From Trueperaceae bacterium (GTDB taxonomy: Bacteria; Deinococcota; Deinococci; Deinococcales; Trueperaceae): 64,000 nt of DNA. The translations under genes and the position numbers were made by a program. Shown in pieces: positions 1-9,952 of this stretch. The DNA is taken from the NCBI GenBank assembly GCA_965214405.1, contig OZ243956.1, positions 1,952,001 through 2,016,000 on the forward strand, given 5' to 3'. The notes beneath the pieces are model-generated. The model ran no database searches, had not been told where the DNA came from, and saw nothing but the letters and a program-made list of their open reading frames with translations. How positions within the stretch are numbered: the stretch's first letter is position 1; each line of letters begins with the position of its first letter.

Positions 1-292
1 GGTCGGCCCGAGTGGGCAGACGCGCTTAGCCGAACTCGGCTTCGCCGCGCCCGTCTTGCAGTCGGTCGCGGAGAGCCCGGTGTTTTTGGAGCAAGGGGCC
101 GACATCGACCAGCAGGTCTATCTGGACGCGTTGGCGTACGCCCAGCCCAAGCCCTCCTTTAGGGGCTACGGCGAGTGGTCGGGCGTGGTGGGGGACACCC
201 TCTCGCTGGTCTGGTCGGGCGATATGACGGTGGACGAGGCGTTAGACGAACTCGTGCCCTTGGCTAACGACGTTTTGGAAGCCAATCAGTAA
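1..292 (+). CDS. sugar ABC transporter substrate-binding protein, C-terminal part (truncated by window edge)
   Basis: Frame open from position 2 to TAA 290-292; C-terminal 'LVWSGDMTVDEALDEL' is typical of CUT1 SBPs; two permeases follow. Confidence 0.85.
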   Translation, partial: VGPSGQTRLAELGFAAPVLQSVAESPVFLEQGADIDQQVYLDALAYAQPKPSFRGYGEWSGVVGDTLSLVWSGDMTVDEALDELVPLANDVLEANQ

Positions 293-303
293 TTACGCCT
301 CGA

Positions 304-329
304 GGGGCGGCTCAGGCCGCCCCCTTTTT
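304..329 (+). terminator. stem-loop plus T-tract between SBP and permease (terminator/attenuator or mRNA-stabilising hairpin)
   Basis: GGGGCGGC-TCAG-GCCGCCCC followed by CTTTTT. Confidence 0.7.
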
Positions 330-343
330 CAAGAAAGCCGCCC

Positions 344-1225
344 ATGCAAACAGGCATCAAACCCCTAGGACGCGAGCGCTTTTGGCTCCTCTTGCTCCTC
401 GCCCCGACGCTGCTAGGGCTTCTCTTCGGCGCGTTCGGCTCGGTGCTGGCGAGCGTCTTTATCAGCCTGACGAGCTGGGACCTCTTGACGCCCCCCGAAT
501 GGGTCGGAATTCAAAACTACATAAACCTCATAGACGACGCTATGTTCTTAAGGTCGCTCCGCATCACCACGCAGTTCGCCGCGATGTACGTGCCGGGCGT
601 CATCATTTTGTCTTTAATCGTGGCGCTCTTGTTAAACCGCAAGATTCGCGGGGTGAGCTTTTTTCGGGTGGCTTTTTTCCTGCCGGTCATCTCGTCGTCG
701 GTCGCGGTCGGGCTTTTGTGGACCTGGATATACGCGCAGAACAATGGGCTCCTAAACTACATCATCACCTTTTTCGGCGGCGCGGAGGTGCGCTGGCTGA
801 GCCGCGACCTAGCGCTTTACTCAGTCACGGTCGTGAACATCTGGGGCGCGGTGGGCGAGGGGATGATCATCTTTTTGGCGGGGCTGCAAGCGGTGCCGCG
901 CGACTATTACGAGGCGGCGAAGCTCGACGGGGCGAGCGGCTTCCAGCGGCTTGTCAACATCACCTTGCCCTTGATCGTGCCGAGCATCTTTTTTCAGGCG
1001 GTGATTTCGACCATCAACGCGTTTCAGGTGTTCGAGTACATCTATATTTTGACGCGGACCTCGAGCGGCGGCTCCACCACCCCGACCCTCGTCTTTACCA
1101 TCTACCGCAACGGCTTCAACTACTTCCGCATGGGCCAAGCGAGCGCGCAAGCCATCGTCTTGGCGGTAATTATCTTCGTTTTGACGCTTCTCTACTTCCG
1201 CATCCAGCGGCGTTGGGTGGTGTGA
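344..1225 (+). CDS. carbohydrate ABC transporter permease (MalF-like)
   Basis: EAA loop 'LQAVPRDYYEAAKLDGAS'; multiple TM segments. Confidence 0.95.
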   Translation: MQTGIKPLGRERFWLLLLLAPTLLGLLFGAFGSVLASVFISLTSWDLLTPPEWVGIQNYINLIDDAMFLRSLRITTQFAAMYVPGVIILSLIVALLLNRKIRGVSFFRVAFFLPVISSSVAVGLLWTWIYAQNNGLLNYIITFFGGAEVRWLSRDLALYSVTVVNIWGAVGEGMIIFLAGLQAVPRDYYEAAKLDGASGFQRLVNITLPLIVPSIFFQAVISTINAFQVFEYIYILTRTSSGGSTTPTLVFTIYRNGFNYFRMGQASAQAIVLAVIIFVLTLLYFRIQRRWVV

Positions 1226-1226
1226 C

Positions 1227-2057
1227 GTGGGCGTCAAGGCTCGAGACCGCCTCTTAGATGGGCTCGCCTACGCGCTCTTGATTCTGGGCGCGCTGGTGAT
1301 GGTCGGGCCGTTCGTGTGGATGGTCTCGACCTCACTCAAAGAGCCCGCCGACCAGTTCACCCGCGCCCTCGTCCCCGACCCTGTGACGTTCGAAAATTAC
1401 GCCCGCCTCTGGGACGCGTTGCCCTTTACCCGGCTCATCTGGAACAGCTTCAAAATCGCTTCGATTGCCACCATCGGGCAACTCCTGACCTGCTCGATGG
1501 CCGGGTTCGCCTTTGCGGTGGTTCGGTTCCGGGGGCGAAACGTGCTGTTCGTCATGCTCCTCATCACCCTGATGATTCCTTTTCAGGTGACGCTGATTCC
1601 CAACTTCATCGTCTACCGCTGGCTGGGGCTTTACGGCACGCAAGTTCCGCTCTACCTACCCGCCTTTCTGGGGGGCGCGTTCGGCACGTTTTTGCTGCGG
1701 CAGTATTTTTTGACTATCCCCGACGAACTCGCCGAGGCGGCGCGCATCGACGGGGCCTCGCTCTGGACGATTTACTGGCGCATCTATTTGCCGCTGGCGC
1801 GGCCTGCCCTGGGCGCGCTGGCGATTTTCACCTTTTTATTTTCTTGGAACGACCTGTTCGGGCCTTTGATTTATCTGCCGAGCGACTTGGAAAAGACCAC
1901 CCTGCCCGTCGGCTTGGCCCTTTTTCAGGCGCAGTACAGCGGGCGCTGGACGGTGATGATGGCGGGGGTCTTGGTCAGCATCGCGCCGATCATCACCGTG
2001 TTTTTCTTTGCGCAGCGGCAGTTTATTGAGGGCATCGCGCTGTCAGGGGGGAAGTGA
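1227..2057 (+). CDS. carbohydrate ABC transporter permease (MalG-like)
   Basis: 'TIPDELAEAARIDGAS', 'SWNDLFGPLIYL'; GTG start 2 nt after upstream stop. Confidence 0.95.
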   Translation: MGVKARDRLLDGLAYALLILGALVMVGPFVWMVSTSLKEPADQFTRALVPDPVTFENYARLWDALPFTRLIWNSFKIASIATIGQLLTCSMAGFAFAVVRFRGRNVLFVMLLITLMIPFQVTLIPNFIVYRWLGLYGTQVPLYLPAFLGGAFGTFLLRQYFLTIPDELAEAARIDGASLWTIYWRIYLPLARPALGALAIFTFLFSWNDLFGPLIYLPSDLEKTTLPVGLALFQAQYSGRWTVMMAGVLVSIAPIITVFFFAQRQFIEGIALSGGK

Positions 2058-2118
2058 GGGTATTGAATAGTGATGAGTGGTTAGTGGCTTCGAGACGGGT
2101 GATTAGGAAGGGAGCGGT

Positions 2119-5100
2119 ATGAGGCGCTTATCTGTCGGTGGTTTGACATTTGCTTTGATTTTAACGGGGCTCAGCTTGGCGCAGGAGGGGCCGAGGGGCG
2201 CGGTTCACGATATCGAAGACTACGTGGTGTATTACGGAAAAGGCGAGTTGGAGGCGCTGAGTACCTTCGACCTCGCCATCATCCAACCCAATACGCTTTC
2301 CGAAGAAGAGCTTGCCAAGCTGAAGGCGGCGGGAACGCTCGTCGTGGCGTATCTGAGCGTGGGCGAGGCCGAACCCGCGCGGCCTTGGTATTCGGCTGGG
2401 CGGGTGGACCCGCGCTGGCTTTTGAGCAAGAACGAGAACTGGGGTTCGTATCGGGTGGACGCTAACCAAGAGGGCTGGCGGAAGCTCATGGGTGAACTGA
2501 CCGGCGAGTTTTTAGACGAGGGTTTCGACGGGGTGTTTTTGGACACGGTGGATACGGTGGACGCCTACCCCGAGACCATTCCCGGCATGGTTGAACTGAT
2601 TAGAGGCTTGCGCGAAGCGTATCCGGAGGCGCTCTTGGTGCAGAACCGGGGCTTTACGGTGCTTGATGACGTTGCCGAATTCATTGACGCGCTGATGTTC
2701 GAAAGTCTGACGGGGTCCTACGACTTTAGCAACGACACATACATCTACGCTGACAACAGCTTTACCGCCGAGCAGTTGGTAGAGCTAAGAGAACGCACCG
2801 ACTTGGTCATTTTGGCGCTCGACTACGCCGACACCCCGGCGATGGCCTACCGCGCGGTGGAAGCGGCTAAGGAGTACGATTTCGTGCCCGCCGTCTCGAC
2901 GATTCTGTTGGATGAGATTCCGGATTACGGCCTAGACGAAGGCGGCCCCGACGACATCCGTATCAGCGACATCTCGGTGCAAACCGCCGGGACGCAAACC
3001 GCCATCGTGGTCAAAGTCGAGAACATTGGCCTGAGCCCGTCAAAGCGAGTGCCGGTCAGCTTGACGGTGGAAGGCGAGCAGGTTGCCACGCAAACGTATG
3101 AGAGTTTGGGCATCGGCGAGCAAAAAATCTGGCGTGTGCCCTGGGAGAGTGCATCGGAAACGGCCTCGATACGCGCCACCGCGTTCTCGCTGAGCGACAA
3201 AAAGGCGGGCAACAATAACCTGAGCCTCCAGTACGCCGCCGAAAGGGTCGCGGAAGAGCCCGTCTTGCCACCCGAAGAGCAAAAGCGCCGCCCCGCCGCA
3301 AACGGTCCCGACTTAGTGGCGACGGCGCTCACCGAACGCCTAACGATAGACGGCGACCTCGCCGACTGGGGTGACATGCCTTGTGCGGAGGTGAACACGG
3401 GTGAGCAAGTTATCTTGGGTCTTCCCTCAGATTGGGCAGGACCCGCCGACCTCGGCAGCCGCGTCTGTTACGCCTGGGACGAAAACAACCTTTACGTCGG
3501 GCTCGAGGTCACGGACGACACCATCGTCCAAAGGCACACCGGCTCGTCCTTGTGGCGCGGCGACCACGTGGAGCTGTGGTTCGACACGCAGCTCCAGCTC
3601 GACTTTGGTTCGGCGGAGGCGGGCAGCGACGACTTTCAAATCGGCCTGAGTCCGGGTGACTGTACGGGGAGTGTGGAGCCGGACATCTTCATCTGGACGC
3701 CGCCCCGCTTGCGTGAGGAGTATGACGGGCTCATCGAGTACGCCGTCGTCTGCACCGACAGCGGCTACCGCGCCGAGATGCGTTTGCCCGCAAGTGTTTT
3801 AACCGGGCTCAAGCTCGCCAGCGGGGGGGCCATCGGCGCGACCTTCGACCCGAGCGACACCGATACGCCCGGCAGCAGCGAGCAGGAGATGATGTTGTCA
3901 ACCGCGCCCAACACGCAGTGGGGCGTGCCGACCTTGTGGAACAATCTTGTGCTCGAGGGGGAACCAACGGTGAGCGTAGAGGTTTCTGAAGGGGCGGACG
4001 AAGATTCAGGCCAAGCCGAGGTTGATCGAGACCTTTCATCCCTCCAAGCCTTGAACACCTCCAACGTCCCCTCCGACGTGACCGCCGTTATCGGCTACGC
4101 CTTTAGCCCCGGCGACGTGTCGCAGCCGATTACCGACGACGCTCTTGAAGAGGTGCGCGCCATCGTCCAGCGTGCCGCCAGCGAAGGCGCGCTCTGGCTG
4201 GACGCCGACACGGGCATTACCAACTTCGCGGACAACTTCCTCTACGACCCCGCTATCAGCTATTACCCGCTGGTCGAGGCAATTGTAGACGAAGCGCATA
4301 AACACGGCGTCAAGGCCTTTTTCTACTTCAGCGGCTCCGAAATCGAGACGCTCGACTATTCAGAGAGCCCCGATACCTCTATCGACAAGGTGTACCCCGA
4401 ATGGATGCAAGTCGACCAGTTCGGCGATCCGATGGCCTTTCTACCGGGCGAGGTTGAAGCGTTTTGGCTGGGGCCGGACACGGGCGACGCCTGGGCGAAC
4501 CCGCTGGCGCCGGGCTACCGCGAGGCCATCATGACGCGAGCCGAAGGGGTGGCGGCGGCGGGCGCGGACGGGATTTTTGTCGATGTGCCCTACTACTTTA
4601 CCTTTGAAAACCGCTGGGCAGACTTTAGCGACGAGAGCGCGGCGGCGTTCAAGGCGGCGACGGGCTATGACCTGCCGCGCAACTTAGCGAACGACGGTCG
4701 GGCGTTTTACGAATGGCTCGAGTGGCGGCACACCGTCTGGCGCGATTACCTGGGCGAGATGAACGACCGCGCCAAGGCGGTCAATCCCGACATCCACATC
4801 ATCGCCGAGGAGTGGCCCGCCGCCTCGTTCGACGGGATTCTCTCGACGGGCTACGACACCTCGGTCGCCGACCCCGCCATCGACATCGCCGCGCACGAGT
4901 ACGGGCACAAGCAGGATGAAGGGGGCGCAATCGCCTACAACCTCGCCGACTGGCAGCACACCCGCGACATGTACAAGTGGTATCAGGGCATGAACCGCAC
5001 CAACTGGTGCCTCTGCTACGCGACCGAAGCCGCCGACTCCAAGGCGATAGCCGCCATCACCTACGCGCACCACTTGTCTTTTTGGGAGACCAAAGCGCCG

Positions 5101-5817
5101 ACCATGTTAGACGAGTCGGCGGGGCGAACCTGGCGTAAAGAGCTGCTGGCCTGGGTGTCTGACCACGCCGAGATCTTTAACGGCGCACAACCCGTCGCCG
5201 AGGTCGCTCTGGTTTACTCTAATAGAACACGTAACTTGACGTTTGGCTCGAGCCTCGCGTCCTTGATCGAAACTCAACACCTGCTCGACGCCAAGGGCGT
5301 CCCCTACGTCGTTATTCCCGAACCGAACATCGAGCGCATCCACAACTTCCCCTACGTTATCCTTCCCGAAGTCACCTACGCCACCGACGAGGTGCAAAAC
5401 GCTGTCGAGACGTATGAGGGGACCTTACTGTTGGTCGGTAATTCGCTGACCAGGGACGGCTGGGACGAAAACGATTTAACCCCGCCTACCGAGGCTGTTG
5501 ACGCGTCTCGCGCCGTTGCCGCCATCAAAACCACGCCCCTGAAAGTCGAAAACGGCGAAGGCGTATTTGTCGAACTTTTCAAAAGGGGCGACGCCACACA
5601 AGTCCGCCTGTTCGACCCGAACTTGACCGAAGACTTCCAGGCCCTTCCCCGCACCGTGACGCTCAAGTTTGCCTGGGATGGCGAGAGGCCGAAGGTGTCG
5701 GCGCTGCCCTTTATGGGTGAGGTGCGGGGGCTCGAGCCGGTGCAAGAGGACGGAATGGTGAAGGTCGAGGTGCCGGTAGACATGTTTACGACGGTAACGA
5801 TAAACATTAGTCGGTAG
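2119..5817 (+). CDS. secreted multi-domain glycoside hydrolase: GH114/GH166-like endo-alpha-1,4-polygalactosaminidase domain + CARDB-like Ig domain + CBM9-like domain + second TIM-barrel GH-like domain + GATase-like C-terminal domain
   Basis: Signal peptide 'LSLAQ'; motifs 'VAYLSVGEAE', 'GFDGVFLDTVD', 'LVQNRGF', 'LMFES'; 'IDGDLADWG...WDENNLYVGLEVTDD...DHVELWFD'; 'GADGIFVDVPYY'; 'AEVALVYS'. Confidence 0.75.
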   Translation: MRRLSVGGLTFALILTGLSLAQEGPRGAVHDIEDYVVYYGKGELEALSTFDLAIIQPNTLSEEELAKLKAAGTLVVAYLSVGEAEPARPWYSAGRVDPRWLLSKNENWGSYRVDANQEGWRKLMGELTGEFLDEGFDGVFLDTVDTVDAYPETIPGMVELIRGLREAYPEALLVQNRGFTVLDDVAEFIDALMFESLTGSYDFSNDTYIYADNSFTAEQLVELRERTDLVILALDYADTPAMAYRAVEAAKEYDFVPAVSTILLDEIPDYGLDEGGPDDIRISDISVQTAGTQTAIVVKVENIGLSPSKRVPVSLTVEGEQVATQTYESLGIGEQKIWRVPWESASETASIRATAFSLSDKKAGNNNLSLQYAAERVAEEPVLPPEEQKRRPAANGPDLVATALTERLTIDGDLADWGDMPCAEVNTGEQVILGLPSDWAGPADLGSRVCYAWDENNLYVGLEVTDDTIVQRHTGSSLWRGDHVELWFDTQLQLDFGSAEAGSDDFQIGLSPGDCTGSVEPDIFIWTPPRLREEYDGLIEYAVVCTDSGYRAEMRLPASVLTGLKLASGGAIGATFDPSDTDTPGSSEQEMMLSTAPNTQWGVPTLWNNLVLEGEPTVSVEVSEGADEDSGQAEVDRDLSSLQALNTSNVPSDVTAVIGYAFSPGDVSQPITDDALEEVRAIVQRAASEGALWLDADTGITNFADNFLYDPAISYYPLVEAIVDEAHKHGVKAFFYFSGSEIETLDYSESPDTSIDKVYPEWMQVDQFGDPMAFLPGEVEAFWLGPDTGDAWANPLAPGYREAIMTRAEGVAAAGADGIFVDVPYYFTFENRWADFSDESAAAFKAATGYDLPRNLANDGRAFYEWLEWRHTVWRDYLGEMNDRAKAVNPDIHIIAEEWPAASFDGILSTGYDTSVADPAIDIAAHEYGHKQDEGGAIAYNLADWQHTRDMYKWYQGMNRTNWCLCYATEAADSKAIAAITYAHHLSFWETKAPTMLDESAGRTWRKELLAWVSDHAEIFNGAQPVAEVALVYSNRTRNLTFGSSLASLIETQHLLDAKGVPYVVIPEPNIERIHNFPYVILPEVTYATDEVQNAVETYEGTLLLVGNSLTRDGWDENDLTPPTEAVDASRAVAAIKTTPLKVENGEGVFVELFKRGDATQVRLFDPNLTEDFQALPRTVTLKFAWDGERPKVSALPFMGEVRGLEPVQEDGMVKVEVPVDMFTTVTINISR

Positions 5818-5884
5818 CCCCGAGCTATGCCAACTTTCAACCACCCCACAAAATCCCCATAAACCCACCTTAAAGGAGAATCCC

Positions 5885-7222
5885 ATGCCCAAAATTACCC
5901 TCATCGGCGCAGGCAGCGCGGTGTTTGCCGCTGAAATTATGAAAGACGTTCTCGCCACACCGGGCCTAGAAACCGGCACGTTTGCCCTAGTCGACATTGA
6001 CGAGGGGCGGCTCGAGGTCGCTCACAAAATGGCCGAGTGGCTGGTCGATAAGAGCGGGCGCAATTGGTCGGTCGAAGCCACAACCGATAGGACGAAAGTG
6101 CTCGCCGGAACGGATTACCTCGTCAACTCGATTGAAGTCGCCGGGCTCGCCAACGTCCGGCACGACTACGACATCCCGATGAAGTACGGCGTGGACCAGT
6201 GCATCGGTGACACGATTGGGCCGGGGGGACTTTTCAAGGCTTTGCGAACGCTGCCCGCGTGGCTCGACATCCTCAAAGACACCGAACGCCTCGCGCCGAA
6301 CGCGCTGGTCATGAACTACACCAACCCGATGTCGCTGACCGTTTTGACGGGAATACGCGCCTCGAAATTGTCTATTGTTGGACTGTGCCACTCCATCCAG
6401 CACACCACACATCAGCTCGCGGAGTATCTGGACATGCCTTATGAAGAGATTGACTGGCAAGGCGCGGGCATCAATCACCTCGCCTGGATTGTGAAGCTCG
6501 AGCGTGCCGGACGAGACCTCTACCCCGTTTTACAGGAACGTATAGAAAAACACCCTGAAATCTACGAGCGAGACCCCGTCCGCTTTGAGATGATGAAGCA
6601 CTTGGGCGCGTTCGTCACCGAGTCGAGCGGGCACACCTCGGAGTACACGGCGTACTTTCGCAAACGCCCCGACCTGATTGACAAGTACATGCGGAGCGGC
6701 TATCGGGGCGAGAGCGGTTACTACGCGAACAACTGGCCCGAGTGGCGCGAGGAGCATATGCAAGCGCTGCGCGACGTTATGGCAGGAAAAGAAGAGTACG
6801 AGTTAAACCGCGGCCCCGAATACGCCTCGCGCATTATCGAGGCGGTGGAGACGGGCGCGCCGCAAGTCATCTACGGCAATGTTACCAACACCGGGCTGAT
6901 CGACAACCTGCCGCAAAACGGTGTGGTTGAGGTCGCGTGTTTGGTCGATAGAAAGGGCGTGCAACCGACGCACTTCGGCACCCTGCCGACGCAGTTGGCG
7001 AACCTAGACCAGCAGCACATGGCCTTTCACGACCTCGTGGCGACGGCTGTTTTAGAAGAGGACCGCGAGGCCGCCGTTCACGCACTGATGACGGACCCCC
7101 TGACGGCGGCGGTCTGTTCGTTGGGGGAAATCCGGCAGATGTTTGACGAGATGGCGGCGGCGCAAGAGGCTTATTTGCCTGCGTTTGTGAATCCCGGTGC
7201 CAAGGAAGCGGTGAAGGCTTGA
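5885..7222 (+). CDS. GH4 NAD+-dependent alpha-galactosidase/alpha-glucosidase (MelA-like)
   Basis: 'KITLIGAGS', 'GDTIGPGG', 'NYTNPM', 'GLCHS', 'GINH'; RBS AAGGAG. Confidence 0.93.
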   Translation: MPKITLIGAGSAVFAAEIMKDVLATPGLETGTFALVDIDEGRLEVAHKMAEWLVDKSGRNWSVEATTDRTKVLAGTDYLVNSIEVAGLANVRHDYDIPMKYGVDQCIGDTIGPGGLFKALRTLPAWLDILKDTERLAPNALVMNYTNPMSLTVLTGIRASKLSIVGLCHSIQHTTHQLAEYLDMPYEEIDWQGAGINHLAWIVKLERAGRDLYPVLQERIEKHPEIYERDPVRFEMMKHLGAFVTESSGHTSEYTAYFRKRPDLIDKYMRSGYRGESGYYANNWPEWREEHMQALRDVMAGKEEYELNRGPEYASRIIEAVETGAPQVIYGNVTNTGLIDNLPQNGVVEVACLVDRKGVQPTHFGTLPTQLANLDQQHMAFHDLVATAVLEEDREAAVHALMTDPLTAAVCSLGEIRQMFDEMAAAQEAYLPAFVNPGAKEAVKA

Positions 7223-7272
7223 GGCTCGAGGCCGTTCCGGAACGCTGTCCCTCTTATTCTCAAGGCGACTTT

Positions 7273-7323
7273 ATGCTAAGACATAAGCTGTGCCGAGACA
7301 TAACCCGTGCTAAGACCTAAACT
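7273..7323 (+). repeat. 3 x 17-bp imperfect tandem repeat whose third unit is the MFS gene start
   Basis: ATGCTAAGACATAAGCT / GTGCCGAGACATAACCC / GTGCTAAGACCTAAACT. Confidence 0.8.
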
Positions 7324-8446
7324 CCTCTACTTCCTCTACTACGCCGCTGCCGCCGCGCTGCTGCCCTTTCTGGTGCTTTACTATGAACACCTCGGCCTGT
7401 CCGGGCGGCAGGTGGGCGTGCTGAGTGCGCTCTTGCCGCTGATGACGCTGCTCGGCGTACCAGTGTGGAGCACGGCTGCCGACACGTTGCAACGTCACAA
7501 GGTTTTCATCGTCATAACCGTCGGAGGCGCGCTCGCTTTCACGCTTCCGCCCCTCTTGACGACGAATTACCTAACTTTGCTCGCGCTGGTCGGTGTGCTG
7601 TCGCTTTTCACCGCGCCGATCATGCCGCTCGTTGACCACCTGACCCTGACGCTGCTCCCGGAAAAGAGCCGCTACGGCGCCCTGCGCCTCTGGGGCGCGG
7701 TCGGCTGGGGACTGGCGGCACCCTTGACGGGACTTTTGACCGAACAAGGGGGGCTGCGCTGGGCGTTTTTTGTCGCCTTTGGTTTGCTGGGTTTGCTGTG
7801 GGGCGTAAGCTTCACGCTTCCCGAAGTAGCGGCGGAGCGGAAGAGCGAGGTTGTCAGGGGCATTCGGCAGTTCGTCTCTCCCGCCTGGTTGAGCTTTCTG
7901 CTGGCGGCGTTTACAGGCGGCGTGGGTTTGGCGGTGAGCAGCTCCTTTCTGTACCTTCACATGGCCGACTTAGGCGTTAGCGGGACGCTCGTCGGTCTCG
8001 CGCTAACGGTTGCGACGGTGAGCGAGCTGCCGGTGTTCTGGTTCTCGGGTTCTCTGCTAAGGCGCTACGCCGCCCCGACGCTCCTCGCCGTCGCACTCTT
8101 TACTTTCGCCCTGAGGCTGCTTCTTTACGCGTTCTTGCTCGAGCCTCTGCTCCTCGTGACGGTTCAACTGCTCCACGGCCCGACGTTCTCGCTGCTATGG
8201 GTCGCGGGCGTTGCTTACGCCGACGCTCTGGCCCCCACCGGCTTGGGCGCGACCGCGCAGGGTCTATTCACCGCCACGGTTCTGGGGCTGGGCGGCGCGG
8301 TCGGCGCGCTCGTCGGCGGCGTGCTCTACGACGCGGTGGGGGCCGCCGGTATGTTTCAGTGGACGGCCGTCGGCACACTGGCTGTAGGGGCTTATCTCAC
8401 CGTCACGCTTTACAACCGCCACGTCGCCAAAAAGGAGCTTCACTGA
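7307..8446 (+). CDS. MFS transporter (MFS_1_like / HcaT-MFSD6 type)
   Basis: About 12 TM segments; 'YGALRLWGAVGWG', 'SELPVF', 'QLLHGPTFSL', 'ATAQGLF'. Confidence 0.9.
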   Translation: MLRPKLLYFLYYAAAAALLPFLVLYYEHLGLSGRQVGVLSALLPLMTLLGVPVWSTAADTLQRHKVFIVITVGGALAFTLPPLLTTNYLTLLALVGVLSLFTAPIMPLVDHLTLTLLPEKSRYGALRLWGAVGWGLAAPLTGLLTEQGGLRWAFFVAFGLLGLLWGVSFTLPEVAAERKSEVVRGIRQFVSPAWLSFLLAAFTGGVGLAVSSSFLYLHMADLGVSGTLVGLALTVATVSELPVFWFSGSLLRRYAAPTLLAVALFTFALRLLLYAFLLEPLLLVTVQLLHGPTFSLLWVAGVAYADALAPTGLGATAQGLFTATVLGLGGAVGALVGGVLYDAVGAAGMFQWTAVGTLAVGAYLTVTLYNRHVAKKELH

Positions 8447-8448
8447 CC

Positions 8449-9372
8449 GTGTTACCTGAACATGACCTACTCGTCATCGGCGAAATCAACCCCGACCTCG
8501 TCTTGCAGGGTGAAGACGTAACACCGGCTTTCGGGCAAGCCGAAAAACTCGTGGACAGGGCGGCGCTGACCATCGGCTCGTCGTCGGTCATCGTCGCCTG
8601 CGGCGCGGCCAGACTGGGGCTCAAAACGGCCTTTATCGGCCTCGTCGGGGACGACCTGTTCGGGCGCTTTATGTTGGGGGCGATGCAGGATAGGGGCGTC
8701 GACACGTCCGGCTGCACCGTGACCAAGGCGCACCAAACCGGCTTCAGCGTCATTCTGTCCGGGCCGAACGACCGCGCCATCCTGACTTTTCCGGGCACCA
8801 TCGCCGAGTTGCGCCACAGCGATATCGACCTTGGCTACTTGAAACGTGCTAAGCACCTGCACCTGAGCAGTTTTTTCTTGCTGGACAATTTGCGTCCGGA
8901 CGTCCCCAAGCTTTTTAGAAAAGCCAAAGACTTGGGCCTCACGACCTCGCTGGACACCAACTGGGACCCGCGAGAAAGCTGGAGCGGACTGACCGAGACG
9001 CTTCGATACACCGACGTGCTGTTACCCAACGAACAAGAGGCGCTTCATCTCACGGGGCAAGGGAGGCTCGAGCCCGCCCTCGCCGTTTTGGCTAAACACG
9101 TGCCGACAGTGGCGGTTAAATTAGGAGCCGAGGGCGCTGTGGCGAGGCGCGAGGGTCAAGAGGTGCGCGCGCCCGTCGTGCCGGTCGAAGTTAAAGACAC
9201 GACGGGCGCCGGGGACTCATTCGATGCGGGCTTTCTCTACGGTTATCTTCAGGAGTGGTCGTTAGAAAAGTCCCTGCGGTTCGCCAGCGCCTGCGGTTCG
9301 CTGTCGACCAGAGGTGTGGGGGGCACGGACCATCAGGCAACACAACAAGAAGCCCTGGAGGCTTTGGCATAA
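8449..9372 (+). CDS. PfkB/ribokinase-family carbohydrate kinase
   Basis: 'GLVGDDLFG', 'PNEQEA', 'DTTGAGDSFDAGF'; GTG at 8449 after AAGGAG (ORF-track start 8197 overlaps the MFS). Confidence 0.93.
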   Translation: MLPEHDLLVIGEINPDLVLQGEDVTPAFGQAEKLVDRAALTIGSSSVIVACGAARLGLKTAFIGLVGDDLFGRFMLGAMQDRGVDTSGCTVTKAHQTGFSVILSGPNDRAILTFPGTIAELRHSDIDLGYLKRAKHLHLSSFFLLDNLRPDVPKLFRKAKDLGLTTSLDTNWDPRESWSGLTETLRYTDVLLPNEQEALHLTGQGRLEPALAVLAKHVPTVAVKLGAEGAVARREGQEVRAPVVPVEVKDTTGAGDSFDAGFLYGYLQEWSLEKSLRFASACGSLSTRGVGGTDHQATQQEALEALA

Positions 9373-9795
9373 GCGTTATATGTTGTAAGGGCGACTCTGG
9401 GTAGCCAGCAAGGAGCTGGAAAACATCACGCCCTACGCCCTACACCTAATCATAGTCGTTAATACAGGAGACTCGGTTTGGTGAAGCAACTCCAGGCTGT
9501 GAGGTGACGCTACTGAAGGTGTTCCGTCTGCCAAGTCGATTATCGTTTGGATCAGGTCCGTAAGGGTTTGAATCGGATTGCGGACCGTCTCAGGCATGAG
9601 CAAAGTGGTAAGGCAGTTCGAAATTCTGTCCAGTTTGCTTTGGCTGAATCCCTCAAACTTTCGGTATGAGGGATTCTGTAAGCACCCCTAGGCGTATATG
9701 AAATCGTGTCATTTTAGGAAATGGCAAAGATGGCTTTACCATTTCACTACAAACCGTGTTTTATATAACTTCAAAAAGAGTGTCTGCCACGCATT

Positions 9796-9885
9796 ACTGT
9801 TGCAGAATTGAACTTGATCCCTGCAAGTTGTAGGGGATAACGTCTTTTTTGCAATTATAAATTCAACTTTGCGGTAACTTTGCAA
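9796..9885. mobile_element. possible degenerate IS6-like miniature element (inverted-repeat remnant)
   Basis: ACTGTTGCAGAATTGAA (9796-9812) is an imperfect inverted repeat of TTCAACTTTGCGGTAAC (9862-9878), all mismatches being transitions; resembles IS6-family ends (CTGTTGCAAAGTT); no transposase. Confidence 0.3.
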
Positions 9886-9952
9886 TTCATGATAAGCCAC
9901 CTTTGCTCCCGAGTACTAGGATGGTCGTCAGGCGCGTTCTGAAAGCAATAGG

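Noticed and set aside
8197..8448. N-terminal extension of the PfkB ORF
   Set aside because: Overlaps the MFS gene out of frame and reads as Arg/Gly-rich shadow sequence; GTG 8449 has an RBS
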